Assembly (NCBI GenBank): GCA_963667035.1
Contig: OY762964.1
Location: forward strand, 3,008,001-3,072,000
Source of the DNA: Candidatus Cloacimonadales bacterium
GTDB taxonomy: Bacteria; Cloacimonadota; Cloacimonadia; Cloacimonadales; JAFGVF01
Reading direction: 5' to 3'
DNA: 64,000 nt
This document shows positions 28,487-36,902 of the stretch, one piece after another. The number at the start of each line of letters is the position of its first letter. Positions within the stretch are counted from its first letter, which is position 1. The notes beneath the pieces were generated by a model. It worked only from the letters and a program-made list of their open reading frames with translations. It was not told the origin of the DNA and made no database searches. A program made the translations under genes and the position numbers.

Positions 28487-29539
28487 CTACTGTGGTTTAT
28501 AACACTTATTCCACCAAATGTTCTGTATCTCTGCATCGTGGGATATCGCTTCGTTAAATTCCTGAATAGAAAGATTACAACAATTGGGATTCCAGACATT
28601 CTTTTTAGCTTTTTCATGATTAGCCTTATGAATGAAATCAGAGATAGAGGTTACAGGCTTGAAGTCACTCACTTTGGTATGGATTATGTAACCTTCATAA
28701 ATATCCGAAAGTTTGAGTTGCTCATACCCCGGATTGTAAATAGTATTAATAACCTTTATATCTCCATAAGGAGTTTGATGTAAATCAATACCAACAGTTC
28801 CGATCTCATCGTATAGCTCTTCAAATTGACCGTTACCGGGTAGACTTGTAGATTCACCATCAATCAAGATTTGCGGAGAGTGCATGAAAACATTGTAGAT
28901 TCTACCGGGTAGCTTCTTATTAAGATAGTTTCCATATCTGTCGTCCATAAAATGTACATGTGTATACTTCCCATCATTTACACTGACAGCCGGTTGTTTG
29001 AATTTTGTAAAAGAGTGATTACGACCTGTTATCGTAAGAATCTTATCATTATGATTTACAACCCTATCTACTACTGCATCTGCCCAATATTCCTCAGAGC
29101 AACCCTTACCAATCTCTTTCCATTGCTCATTGGTAAGTTCAACACCTTTTGCATGATATTTATTCTTCAACTCGAGGTTTGGTGAATCATTTAAACCTAT
29201 AAGATTAAGTTTATTCCCTGATTGATTAACTAGCCATACAGCTTTATAGACATCAATATATTCTTGATAACCCCAGAAAACACTCATATTGAATTGAAGT
29301 TGTTTTGCCAGTTCAAAATCAAATACTTCGGCAGTTACCAGATTGTTAATAAGATTCTGATCACTCCTACATAGAAATTCGGTTCCGACTGTATTAACTC
29401 CCATCTCCGGTAACATTTGGACCAGTTTACAATAGAACTCCAAGTCTTGTTTTACCCGATGATACTCTCCTAGCATGACGACATCATACTTGCAGAAAAG
29501 AGTTTTTATGAATTCTATAGGATTTGTATTAATTGTCAA
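28487..29539 (-). CDS. Hypothetical protein, EreA/ChaN-like fold (GExH motif)
   Basis: VVMLGEYH, VGTEF, TGRNH; probable TTG start 29539 after GAGG overlapping the YitT stop. Confidence 0.55.
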   Translation of the reverse strand: MTINTNPIEFIKTLFCKYDVVMLGEYHRVKQDLEFYCKLVQMLPEMGVNTVGTEFLCRSDQNLINNLVTAEVFDFELAKQLQFNMSVFWGYQEYIDVYKAVWLVNQSGNKLNLIGLNDSPNLELKNKYHAKGVELTNEQWKEIGKGCSEEYWADAVVDRVVNHNDKILTITGRNHSFTKFKQPAVSVNDGKYTHVHFMDDRYGNYLNKKLPGRIYNVFMHSPQILIDGESTSLPGNGQFEELYDEIGTVGIDLHQTPYGDIKVINTIYNPGYEQLKLSDIYEGYIIHTKVSDFKPVTSISDFIHKANHEKAKKNVWNPNCCNLSIQEFNEAISHDAEIQNIWWNKCYKPQ

Positions 29540-30446
29540 AACCTCTAAAGCCTTTTCCAAGAGTTTGATGAATATCCGATACAACAAAGAAGGCGTCCGG
29601 ATCAATATCTTTAACGATTTGCTTCAAGCGTCCAACTTCTCGATTAGTAATAATCGTGTAGATGATATCTCTTTTTTCTCTGGAGAATCCACCCTCGCCT
29701 TTAAAAATGGTACAACCTCTTTTCATCTCAAAGAGAATCTCTTCCCTAATCTGTTCAGTGTTGTTGGAAAGAATAGTTATTCCTTTAGTGATTGAGAAAC
29801 CTTCAATTACTAAATCGGCGACTTTTGAACTAACATAAAGCGAGAACAAAGCCCAGAGGATTAGATTGGCATTCTTAAAGAAATATCCTGAAAGCATTAT
29901 TATCATTGTATCAATGATAAGGTAACTAGTTCCAATGGAGAATCCGAAATACTTTCTCATAAGCAGAGCCGGGATATCCGAACCGCCCGTAGAACCATTG
30001 TTTCTAATTACCAAACCGATTCCGGCACCATAAATTAGCGAACCTGCGAGAACAGCAAGAATGTACTCGTTAGTAAAACTATTGGCTCCATTTACAACGT
30101 AAAGAAAAGGTTTAATAGCATCCATACCTATGAAATGATTGCTAATAAAGTAATCAGAGAATACGGAAGTGAGTATTATAGCAATGATGGATTTAAATCC
30201 GAACTGTTTTCCGAATTGCCATAAACCTATAAAGAAAAGAGGTATATTAAGCATGAGCATGAACGTACCGGGTTGAACACCTGCTTTAAAAAAAGCAATT
30301 TGAGCTAAGCCGGATACTCCTCCCGGAGCAATCTTAAAAGGCATAAGAAATAGACTGTATCCAAATCCCATTGCCACAGAGCCAATCAATATACCAAGTA
30401 GATTGAGAAGATTAGCTTTTGATATTAACTTTCTTTTTTTCTTCAC
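29529..30446 (-). CDS. YitT family membrane protein (DUF161/DUF2179)
   Basis: APGGVSGLA, LNIPLF, GSTGGSD, RGCT..GEGG, DPDAF; GTG start 30446 after GGAGG. Confidence 0.92.
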   Translation of the reverse strand: MKKKRKLISKANLLNLLGILIGSVAMGFGYSLFLMPFKIAPGGVSGLAQIAFFKAGVQPGTFMLMLNIPLFFIGLWQFGKQFGFKSIIAIILTSVFSDYFISNHFIGMDAIKPFLYVVNGANSFTNEYILAVLAGSLIYGAGIGLVIRNNGSTGGSDIPALLMRKYFGFSIGTSYLIIDTMIIMLSGYFFKNANLILWALFSLYVSSKVADLVIEGFSITKGITILSNNTEQIREEILFEMKRGCTIFKGEGGFSREKRDIIYTIITNREVGRLKQIVKDIDPDAFFVVSDIHQTLGKGFRGFDN

Positions 30447-30492
30447 AATAATCCTCCGATGATATTTTATTGATACGAAATTGGGAGTCAAT

Positions 30493-30849
30493 ATGGAAAT
30501 TAATAAGTTGATAAATCTATGTAAAGAATTACAGGGAACATGGGAAGACAGACCTTTTGGACCCGATAATTCCGTTATGAAAGTAGGTGATAAAATGTTT
30601 GCTATCATATCTGAAGATAAAGGCTTGAGGATTAATTTGAAGTGTGATCCTGATTTTGCACTCGTTCTAAGAGAACAATACAGTTACATTATTCCCGGTT
30701 ATCACATGAACAAAAGACATTGGAATACAGTTGTTATAAATGATGATGTAGATATAGAATTACTCAAAAATCTTGTTAAGGACTCATATAGTCTGGTCTT
30801 TAACAGCCTTCCTAAAAAAGTAAGACAAAGGATTCAAGGAACTCAATAG
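30493..30849 (+). CDS. MmcQ/YjbR family protein
   Basis: PFGPD..VMKVGDKMFA, NLKCDP, PGYHMNKRHWNTV, SYSLV; ATG 30493 after GGGAG. Confidence 0.92.
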   Translation: MEINKLINLCKELQGTWEDRPFGPDNSVMKVGDKMFAIISEDKGLRINLKCDPDFALVLREQYSYIIPGYHMNKRHWNTVVINDDVDIELLKNLVKDSYSLVFNSLPKKVRQRIQGTQ

Positions 30850-31196
30850 TGCATTTTTTAATTAAAACCATAATCTCAGCAGTAATAATAGTGCTTATCT
30901 CGGAGATTTCAAAACGCTTCACCTTAATAGGAGGTATTCTAGCATCTTTACCGCTAGTCTCATTCTTAGGCATAATCTGGTTGTACCTTGATACTAAAGA
31001 TGTCAAACCGATAATATCTTTATCACAATCTATATTTTGGTTAGTGATACCCTCCTTGCTCTTCTTTGTATTGTTTCCCATTCTGTTAAAGAAAGGTGTA
31101 GCCTTCTGGACCTCTTTTGCTATCTCTACAGGAATAATGATTGTTTTCTATGGAATCATGGTCAAAATACTGCAGTTCTTCAATATCATTCATTAG
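30849..31196 (+). CDS. DUF3147-like small membrane protein
   Basis: ISEISKR...GGILASLPLVS...WLY; overlaps previous stop. Confidence 0.8.
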   Translation: MHFLIKTIISAVIIVLISEISKRFTLIGGILASLPLVSFLGIIWLYLDTKDVKPIISLSQSIFWLVIPSLLFFVLFPILLKKGVAFWTSFAISTGIMIVFYGIMVKILQFFNIIH

Positions 31197-31444
31197 GAAA
31201 CGAAAGGAGTCGGTACCTTCTAGTAATAAGCAAATACTATTTTAAAGATTACGTTTACTCATAATATACATAGAGATTACTATTAATTACAAGTCATCAT
31301 GTTACAATCACTATAGAAACAAGTTATTAAGAATGATACCAGGCAATCCTAAATGAAAGAAAATCTTGGATTACTAATAATTTAAACTTATGAATATGAG
31401 TGTAAAAAATAGGCTTAATTTTCTTAATTGTGTAAAATAAAGAG

Positions 31445-31604
31445 ACTATCTTCCAAGCTTAAAAAGGATTTGACAGTATTACAAACTATTGAAAAATAAC
31501 TAAACTGGAAGATAGTATATACATTTACTCGTCGTTGCAATTACTAAATCGCAAGTAAGTAATAATTTTTGCAGGTGTTTATGTGATTAGAGAAATGTAT
31601 GTAT
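31445..31604 (+). promoter_or_regulatory. Promoter (TTGACA 31470) bracketed by 11-bp inverted repeat, followed by structured leader
   Basis: ACTATCTTCCA (31445-55)/TGGAAGATAGT (31506-16); stem 31515-30/31590-604. Confidence 0.5.
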
Positions 31605-31650
31605 AAAGTTATTATAAATAAATGAATCGAAAAAAAGGAAGGAGATTCGT

Positions 31651-34434
31651 ATGATTAAACATCGAAGAGCGGGTTTATCTCTTTTGATGGTTCTTCTTGT
31701 CCTTGCTGTTACTCCATTATGGAGTACCTCAGCAGCAGACATGATTGTAAAGAACCTTCAAGTAACAGATATCCCCAACGATGACGGATCAGGACTGCGT
31801 ATTAGCTGGACTCCGCTACCTAAGGAAGCAAGAATCCAAGAATACCATATATATCGCGGTATAAGCCCTGATTCCCTCTTTTTAGTCAGTACAATTCCGG
31901 TAAACCCCAAAACAGGTGTTTCTTCGGATGTTATGTACTATTACGATAGCGGTTGGACGCAGCTTATTAGCATTAACTCTCCCGCTAAACTGAAAAAAGA
32001 TAAGCAACCGGACCAAGAGAACAGTCCTCTCTATCTTGAAGTACCGCATGATATGGAGATTTTAAACAGTCTTCAACGTGCTACAACAATGCTTTATGCA
32101 ATGGATATAAAACCTTACTATTATCAATCAAAGAAGATTGAGAAAGATGGACAGGTTTATGCAGGTGTACCATGGTATTATGGAAGCATTTTAGGAAGAC
32201 TTGTTCCGGGTAATGAATATTACTATACTGTTGTTGCAACGAACGAACAAAGAAAATACTTCATGAGAGCTGATATTGTTTCTGGAACCCCAATGCCGAA
32301 TGAAGCAGCTCCGGTACTTGACTTTTACAGTAAATACCTTCCTGAAGAAGGAAACATTCAATTTGAATGGAAACACCCAGTGCAATCAACAGCTATTAGA
32401 GCGTATTCAGTTTTCATAGTTGAAGATAGCAAGTTAGATGCATTCCTTAACGGTGATTATGATAAAGCTACTCAAGTAGCTCAAGTAGGAGCTAGTACAA
32501 CTTATGCATCTGCTAAAGTAAGTGAGTTGTCCGGTTATGATTTTGACTCACTTGAGAAATATTCATTTGTAATTGGTGGTATTTATGGCGGTGGAATAAC
32601 TCTTTCAGCTCCAATTAAAGCCATGCGTTCCAAATTACCTGAATATTTCAAAAACACATCATTCTATGCCGGTGATGCTCCCGATGATAAAGGTGATTAT
32701 AACTTGATTCAATGGGGCAAACCATCAGCTTTTATTTCAGCTACTTCATTCTTAGGTGAAAAGAAAGATAGAATGATGATTGCTTATGATTATAAGATTA
32801 ACGATTTATACAAAGTTGATCAGATACACTTTTATTTCTTTGAAAAAGGAAAGGATGAACCTTTCTATATTCATAATGAATTCTATCAAGATAATAAGCT
32901 TGTCGTAACCTTACCGGAGGGTTATAATCCTGCAAATGGTATTGATGTTGAAATCAGATTTAAGGCTAAATCTCAGAAGAAAAACATTGAAGCTATTGAT
33001 GACAGTTATTTCTTAACTCAAGAGCTGAAATGGGATGACTTTATCAAGTCTTTGAAACCCGGTGATGTGTTCTATAACAATGTTAACTTGAACAAAACAT
33101 TTTACACTGTATTTAGTAAAGATAAACAATCGGCTTCTTATAGCGTAGCTAAAGAAGTTGTTGCCGTTGAAAGAAACTTCAATGACTTATCAGATTATCT
33201 CAAGAGAGATTATGCTATTGTTCAAGGTATTGATGTTGAAAACAATCTTTTTCTCGTAGACCATAACATTAGCTACAAATATGATAAAGCTTCTGACTCT
33301 GTTCTCAGTGTTAGCTTGTTCCCCGGTGTTGATGATGAGACTAAAGCAAGTCTTAAAAAAGAGATTGATGCTTTATTAACCCAAAAGGGTACTGAGACTG
33401 AGCCTGAAGCTATTGCTACTATTGATGCTCAAATAGCTGAGATGAACGCTCAACTTGAGCAGTTAAACAATCCTGTTCTTGAGAAAGTAAATAGCATCAA
33501 AGGCCGTAGAACCAGAATGAATCACATCAGAAGAGTAAGAGAAAAAGAACTTCGTAGCATTAGCTATAAACTTATGATTTCTGATGGTAAGGGACTTTTC
33601 TTTCAAGGAAAACCTCTTGAAAATGTTAGCGGAGATTTAGCTTATTTCTATCCAAGACCTAACTGGATTTACAAAACACGTATCGGTGGGTTAATTGCTG
33701 CTCTTATTTTTGGTATACTTGTGTTTGTAATGGTAGCTCTTGCAAGAAGAGGAAAAGCTCTTTATCTTAGACCTATTGCAGGTATTCAGGAAATTGACAA
33801 TGCAATTGGTCGTGCTACTGAGATGGGTAGTCCCATTCTTTTTGTTCCGGGACTTTCAGGCATCAGTGATGTTGCAACTCTTGCAGGACTTCAGATTCTT
33901 AATCAGGTTGCAAAAAAAGCAGCCGAATATGATACACCAATTCTTGTACCATGTAGAGACGTTATCGTTCTTCCTATTGCACAGGAAATTGTTAAAGAAG
34001 CTCATTATGAAGCAGGTCGTCCTGATACATTTGATCCTTCAAGTGTATTCTACATGACCGGTTCACAGTTTGCTTTTGTTGCCGGTATTAACGGTATCAT
34101 GGTTCGTGAAAAAGTAGCGACAAACTTCTATATGGGTATGTTCTATGCTGAATCACTTATCATGACAGAAACCGGTAACTCAATTGGTGCGGTACAGATT
34201 TCAGGTACTGATGCTGTTACGCAGATTCCTTTCTTTATTACCACTTGTGACTATACACTAATGGGTGAAGAACTTTATGCGGCAGCCGCTTATCTTTCTA
34301 AAGAACCAATGATGCTTGGAACACTTAAGGCTCAGGATTATTTCAAGTTCCTTATCCTTTTCTTTGTTGTTCTCGGAACATTACTTTCTTCGTTTAAAAT
34401 AACCTTTTTAGTTAACGCATTCCCTGATAAATAG
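31651..34434 (+). CDS. Membrane protein: large exported FN3-like region + C-terminal DUF6754-like domain
   Basis: Signal peptide; DIPNDDGSGLRISW and DAPDDKGDYNLIQW repeats; TM; RPIAGIQEIDNAIGRATEMG...QIPFFITTCDYTLMGEELYAA; final TM. Confidence 0.8.
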   Translation: MIKHRRAGLSLLMVLLVLAVTPLWSTSAADMIVKNLQVTDIPNDDGSGLRISWTPLPKEARIQEYHIYRGISPDSLFLVSTIPVNPKTGVSSDVMYYYDSGWTQLISINSPAKLKKDKQPDQENSPLYLEVPHDMEILNSLQRATTMLYAMDIKPYYYQSKKIEKDGQVYAGVPWYYGSILGRLVPGNEYYYTVVATNEQRKYFMRADIVSGTPMPNEAAPVLDFYSKYLPEEGNIQFEWKHPVQSTAIRAYSVFIVEDSKLDAFLNGDYDKATQVAQVGASTTYASAKVSELSGYDFDSLEKYSFVIGGIYGGGITLSAPIKAMRSKLPEYFKNTSFYAGDAPDDKGDYNLIQWGKPSAFISATSFLGEKKDRMMIAYDYKINDLYKVDQIHFYFFEKGKDEPFYIHNEFYQDNKLVVTLPEGYNPANGIDVEIRFKAKSQKKNIEAIDDSYFLTQELKWDDFIKSLKPGDVFYNNVNLNKTFYTVFSKDKQSASYSVAKEVVAVERNFNDLSDYLKRDYAIVQGIDVENNLFLVDHNISYKYDKASDSVLSVSLFPGVDDETKASLKKEIDALLTQKGTETEPEAIATIDAQIAEMNAQLEQLNNPVLEKVNSIKGRRTRMNHIRRVREKELRSISYKLMISDGKGLFFQGKPLENVSGDLAYFYPRPNWIYKTRIGGLIAALIFGILVFVMVALARRGKALYLRPIAGIQEIDNAIGRATEMGSPILFVPGLSGISDVATLAGLQILNQVAKKAAEYDTPILVPCRDVIVLPIAQEIVKEAHYEAGRPDTFDPSSVFYMTGSQFAFVAGINGIMVREKVATNFYMGMFYAESLIMTETGNSIGAVQISGTDAVTQIPFFITTCDYTLMGEELYAAAAYLSKEPMMLGTLKAQDYFKFLILFFVVLGTLLSSFKITFLVNAFPDK

Positions 34435-34447
34435 GAGCAGAATACAA

Positions 34448-35071
34448 ATGAAAAAACAAGTACCATTATTAATAGTAATTGTCATGAGTTTTCTGTTTGC
34501 CTTATGGGCTATCATACCACATAAGATTTCAGAAGACTTCTATCAGGGCTATCTTGTCTTCATCAGAGCAATGTCACCATTTGGTGTTGTTCTTGGTATT
34601 ATGAGTCTCACAATGGTTAACGTTGTGAAGATTAAGAGAAAAGCCCCAAATTGGCAGTACAGTTACGTTACTCTTTTTGCTTTTTATGCTACAGCAGCAA
34701 TAGGATTCATTTGGGGAACTAGTGAAGGTTCACCATATATATGGATATTCAAGAACATACAGATGCCGATGTCAGCAACTATGTTCTCATTGCTTGCTTT
34801 CTATATCTCAACAGCTGCTTATAAAGCTTTCCGTGCACGTTCTGCCGAAGCAACAGTACTTCTTGTTGCAGCTGTCGTAGTTATGCTTGGACAGGTTCCA
34901 TACGGTGTCATGATTAGTCCGAAGATCCCTGCATTTGCACAATGGATTCTGGACGTACCAAACCTTGCCTCTAAGCGTGGTTTCATGCTTGGTGTTGGTC
35001 TTGGTATGACCGCCGTATCCCTTAAAATCATGTTAGGTATCGAGCGTTCTTACCTCGGTGGCGGAGATTAA
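34448..35071 (+). CDS. Uncharacterised ~6-TM membrane protein (DUF6754 operon subunit 2)
   Basis: Hydrophobic, ATMFSLLAFYISTAAYKAFRAR, GIERSYLG; AGGAG RBS. Confidence 0.8.
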   Translation: MKKQVPLLIVIVMSFLFALWAIIPHKISEDFYQGYLVFIRAMSPFGVVLGIMSLTMVNVVKIKRKAPNWQYSYVTLFAFYATAAIGFIWGTSEGSPYIWIFKNIQMPMSATMFSLLAFYISTAAYKAFRARSAEATVLLVAAVVVMLGQVPYGVMISPKIPAFAQWILDVPNLASKRGFMLGVGLGMTAVSLKIMLGIERSYLGGGD

Positions 35072-35084
35072 TAAAGGAGATATG

Positions 35085-36068
35085 ATGGAATTTATTCAAA
35101 AACTACAGGATCTGGATAGAAAGTGGATTTATCTGATAGTTGCATTAGCTATCATTATCCCTTTACTTATTCCTTTTAACGCACCGACTTATACAACTGC
35201 TCCAACCGAAAAGTTATATCAGTTGATAGATTCTTTCTCTGATAGAGAAGACAGAGCTGTTCTTATTTGCTTTGCTCATGATGCTTCAACTATGGCAGAA
35301 CTTTATCCGATGGAAACAGCTATTCTTAGACATTGTTTCGAGAGAAACGTAAAAGTGTTTACTCTTACTTTCCTTGAAACTGCAGCTCCATTAATCAATT
35401 ATGCTATTGATACCGTTAAGAGTGAGTTCCCTGATGTAAGGTCAGGTGAGAATTATATCAATATCGGTTTCAAACCTACAGCTCTTTACTTACCTATCGT
35501 TATCGGTATGGGTGACGGAATTGCTGCTGCTGTTGAAACAGATGCAGAAGGTAGAAAACTTGAATCATTACCTATGATGAAAGGACTTAACAACTATAAC
35601 GAACTTAAACTTGTTGTTGAAACTTCAGGTGCAAGTTATGGTATGGGCTGGGTTACTTATGCTCGTGCTCGTTATGGTGTTAATGTTGCTGCCGGTGTTA
35701 CAGCTGTTATGGCTGCTGACGCTTATCCTTACCTTCAAACCGGTCAGCTTACCGGAATGCTTTCAGGTATGAAGGGTGCTGCCGAATATGAATATCTCAA
35801 TGACGTTTTTGCCGCATACGAGAGCAAAGATTTCCCTAATGGAAGACCATTCAGTAAGGAAATTCTTAAAGACAAGAACGAAATTGCTAAGATTGACATA
35901 GCTAAAGATTGGGATCCTGAGACAAAGACAGGTATCAAGTATAAATGGAAAACTGCCAGAATCGGTATGAATGCTCAATCTGTTGCTCACGTGATGATAT
36001 TCTTGTTTATCCTCATCGGTAATATAGGATTCTTTGTTGAGCGTCATCAGAAGAAGAAAAACAGTTAA
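35085..36068 (+). CDS. Uncharacterised membrane-anchored protein (DUF6754 operon subunit 3)
   Basis: AAGGAG RBS then ATG 35085 (or 35082); N- and C-terminal TM around alpha/beta domain; YPYLQTGQLTGMLSGMKGAAEYE. Confidence 0.8.
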   Translation: MEFIQKLQDLDRKWIYLIVALAIIIPLLIPFNAPTYTTAPTEKLYQLIDSFSDREDRAVLICFAHDASTMAELYPMETAILRHCFERNVKVFTLTFLETAAPLINYAIDTVKSEFPDVRSGENYINIGFKPTALYLPIVIGMGDGIAAAVETDAEGRKLESLPMMKGLNNYNELKLVVETSGASYGMGWVTYARARYGVNVAAGVTAVMAADAYPYLQTGQLTGMLSGMKGAAEYEYLNDVFAAYESKDFPNGRPFSKEILKDKNEIAKIDIAKDWDPETKTGIKYKWKTARIGMNAQSVAHVMIFLFILIGNIGFFVERHQKKKNS

Positions 36069-36079
36069 AAGGAGAAGAC

Positions 36080-36682
36080 ATGTTTGAGATTATTAGTAAT
36101 TTAATTGCAGCTTTCTTTACATTGGCTATCTTCTCTTTCCTCTACAAAGATAACCCTGTGTATCGTTTGTCTGAGCAGTTATTGGTTGGTATTTCCGCTG
36201 GATACGGTCTTCCGCTTATGTGGCAGAATGCATTTATCCCTTTCGTTTATCAGCCTATATTCATTCAACATAAATGGTATTTACTTATTCCATGTATCGT
36301 CGGTACCTTCTATTGGTTCCGTTTTAACAATAAACTTAGCTGGTTAGCACGCTACCCCATAGCTATTGGTATGGGTATGACAGGTGCCGGTGTTATCTTG
36401 TCAATGAATGCTAGTGTTCTTGTTCAGATGCGCTCAGCTATGCAACCAATCGATAGCTTCAATATGTTCCTTGTTTTCCTCGGAACAGTATCTGTGATGC
36501 TTTATTTCTATTTCTCTAAAGCTCATACAGGTATCTACGGTAAGTTTACTAAGGTTGGTATTTGGTTCATGATGATTGGTTTCGGTGCATCATTCGGTAA
36601 TACAGTTATGGCTCGTATTTCCCTTTTGATCGGGCGAATTCAATTCCTTGTAAATGATGTTATCATGGGATTTATTAAATAA
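36080..36682 (+). CDS. Uncharacterised ~6-TM membrane protein (DUF6754 operon subunit 4)
   Basis: SFLYKDNPVYRLSE..VGISAGY, MMIGFGASFGNTVMARISLLIGR; AAGGAG RBS. Confidence 0.8.
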   Translation: MFEIISNLIAAFFTLAIFSFLYKDNPVYRLSEQLLVGISAGYGLPLMWQNAFIPFVYQPIFIQHKWYLLIPCIVGTFYWFRFNNKLSWLARYPIAIGMGMTGAGVILSMNASVLVQMRSAMQPIDSFNMFLVFLGTVSVMLYFYFSKAHTGIYGKFTKVGIWFMMIGFGASFGNTVMARISLLIGRIQFLVNDVIMGFIK

Positions 36683-36705
36683 TATTTACTCTAATAGATT
36701 ACATT

Positions 36706-36731
36706 AAAGACCCGCTTAATGCGGGTCTTTT
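36706..36731 (+). terminator. Intrinsic terminator of four-gene operon
   Basis: AAAGACCCGC-ttaat-GCGGGTCTTT + T. Confidence 0.85.
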
Positions 36732-36827
36732 GCTATCTATGATGAAGCATTAACAGTATTTACTAGCTTACAACAATCCTTGAGTTAAATGTACAGCTAT
36801 TATTTTAACATAGTCACACACAATAAA

Positions 36828-36859
36828 AGAGTTGACATGTAAAGAGTTAACTCTACAAT
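36828..36859 (+). promoter_or_regulatory. sigma70-type promoter with overlapping inverted repeat
   Basis: TTGACA-N16-TACAAT; AGAGTTGAC/GTTAACTCT IR overlaps -35 and spacer. Confidence 0.6.
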
Positions 36860-36902
36860 TTGAAAATTGTAGGTTTATTTAAAATAATAAGGAGTGTGTA
36901 TT

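Noticed and set aside
34448..36682. RnfA/E or NqrD/E identity of the 6-TM pair
   Set aside because: No conserved Cys motifs and no flavin or Fe-S subunits in the operon; analogy is topological only
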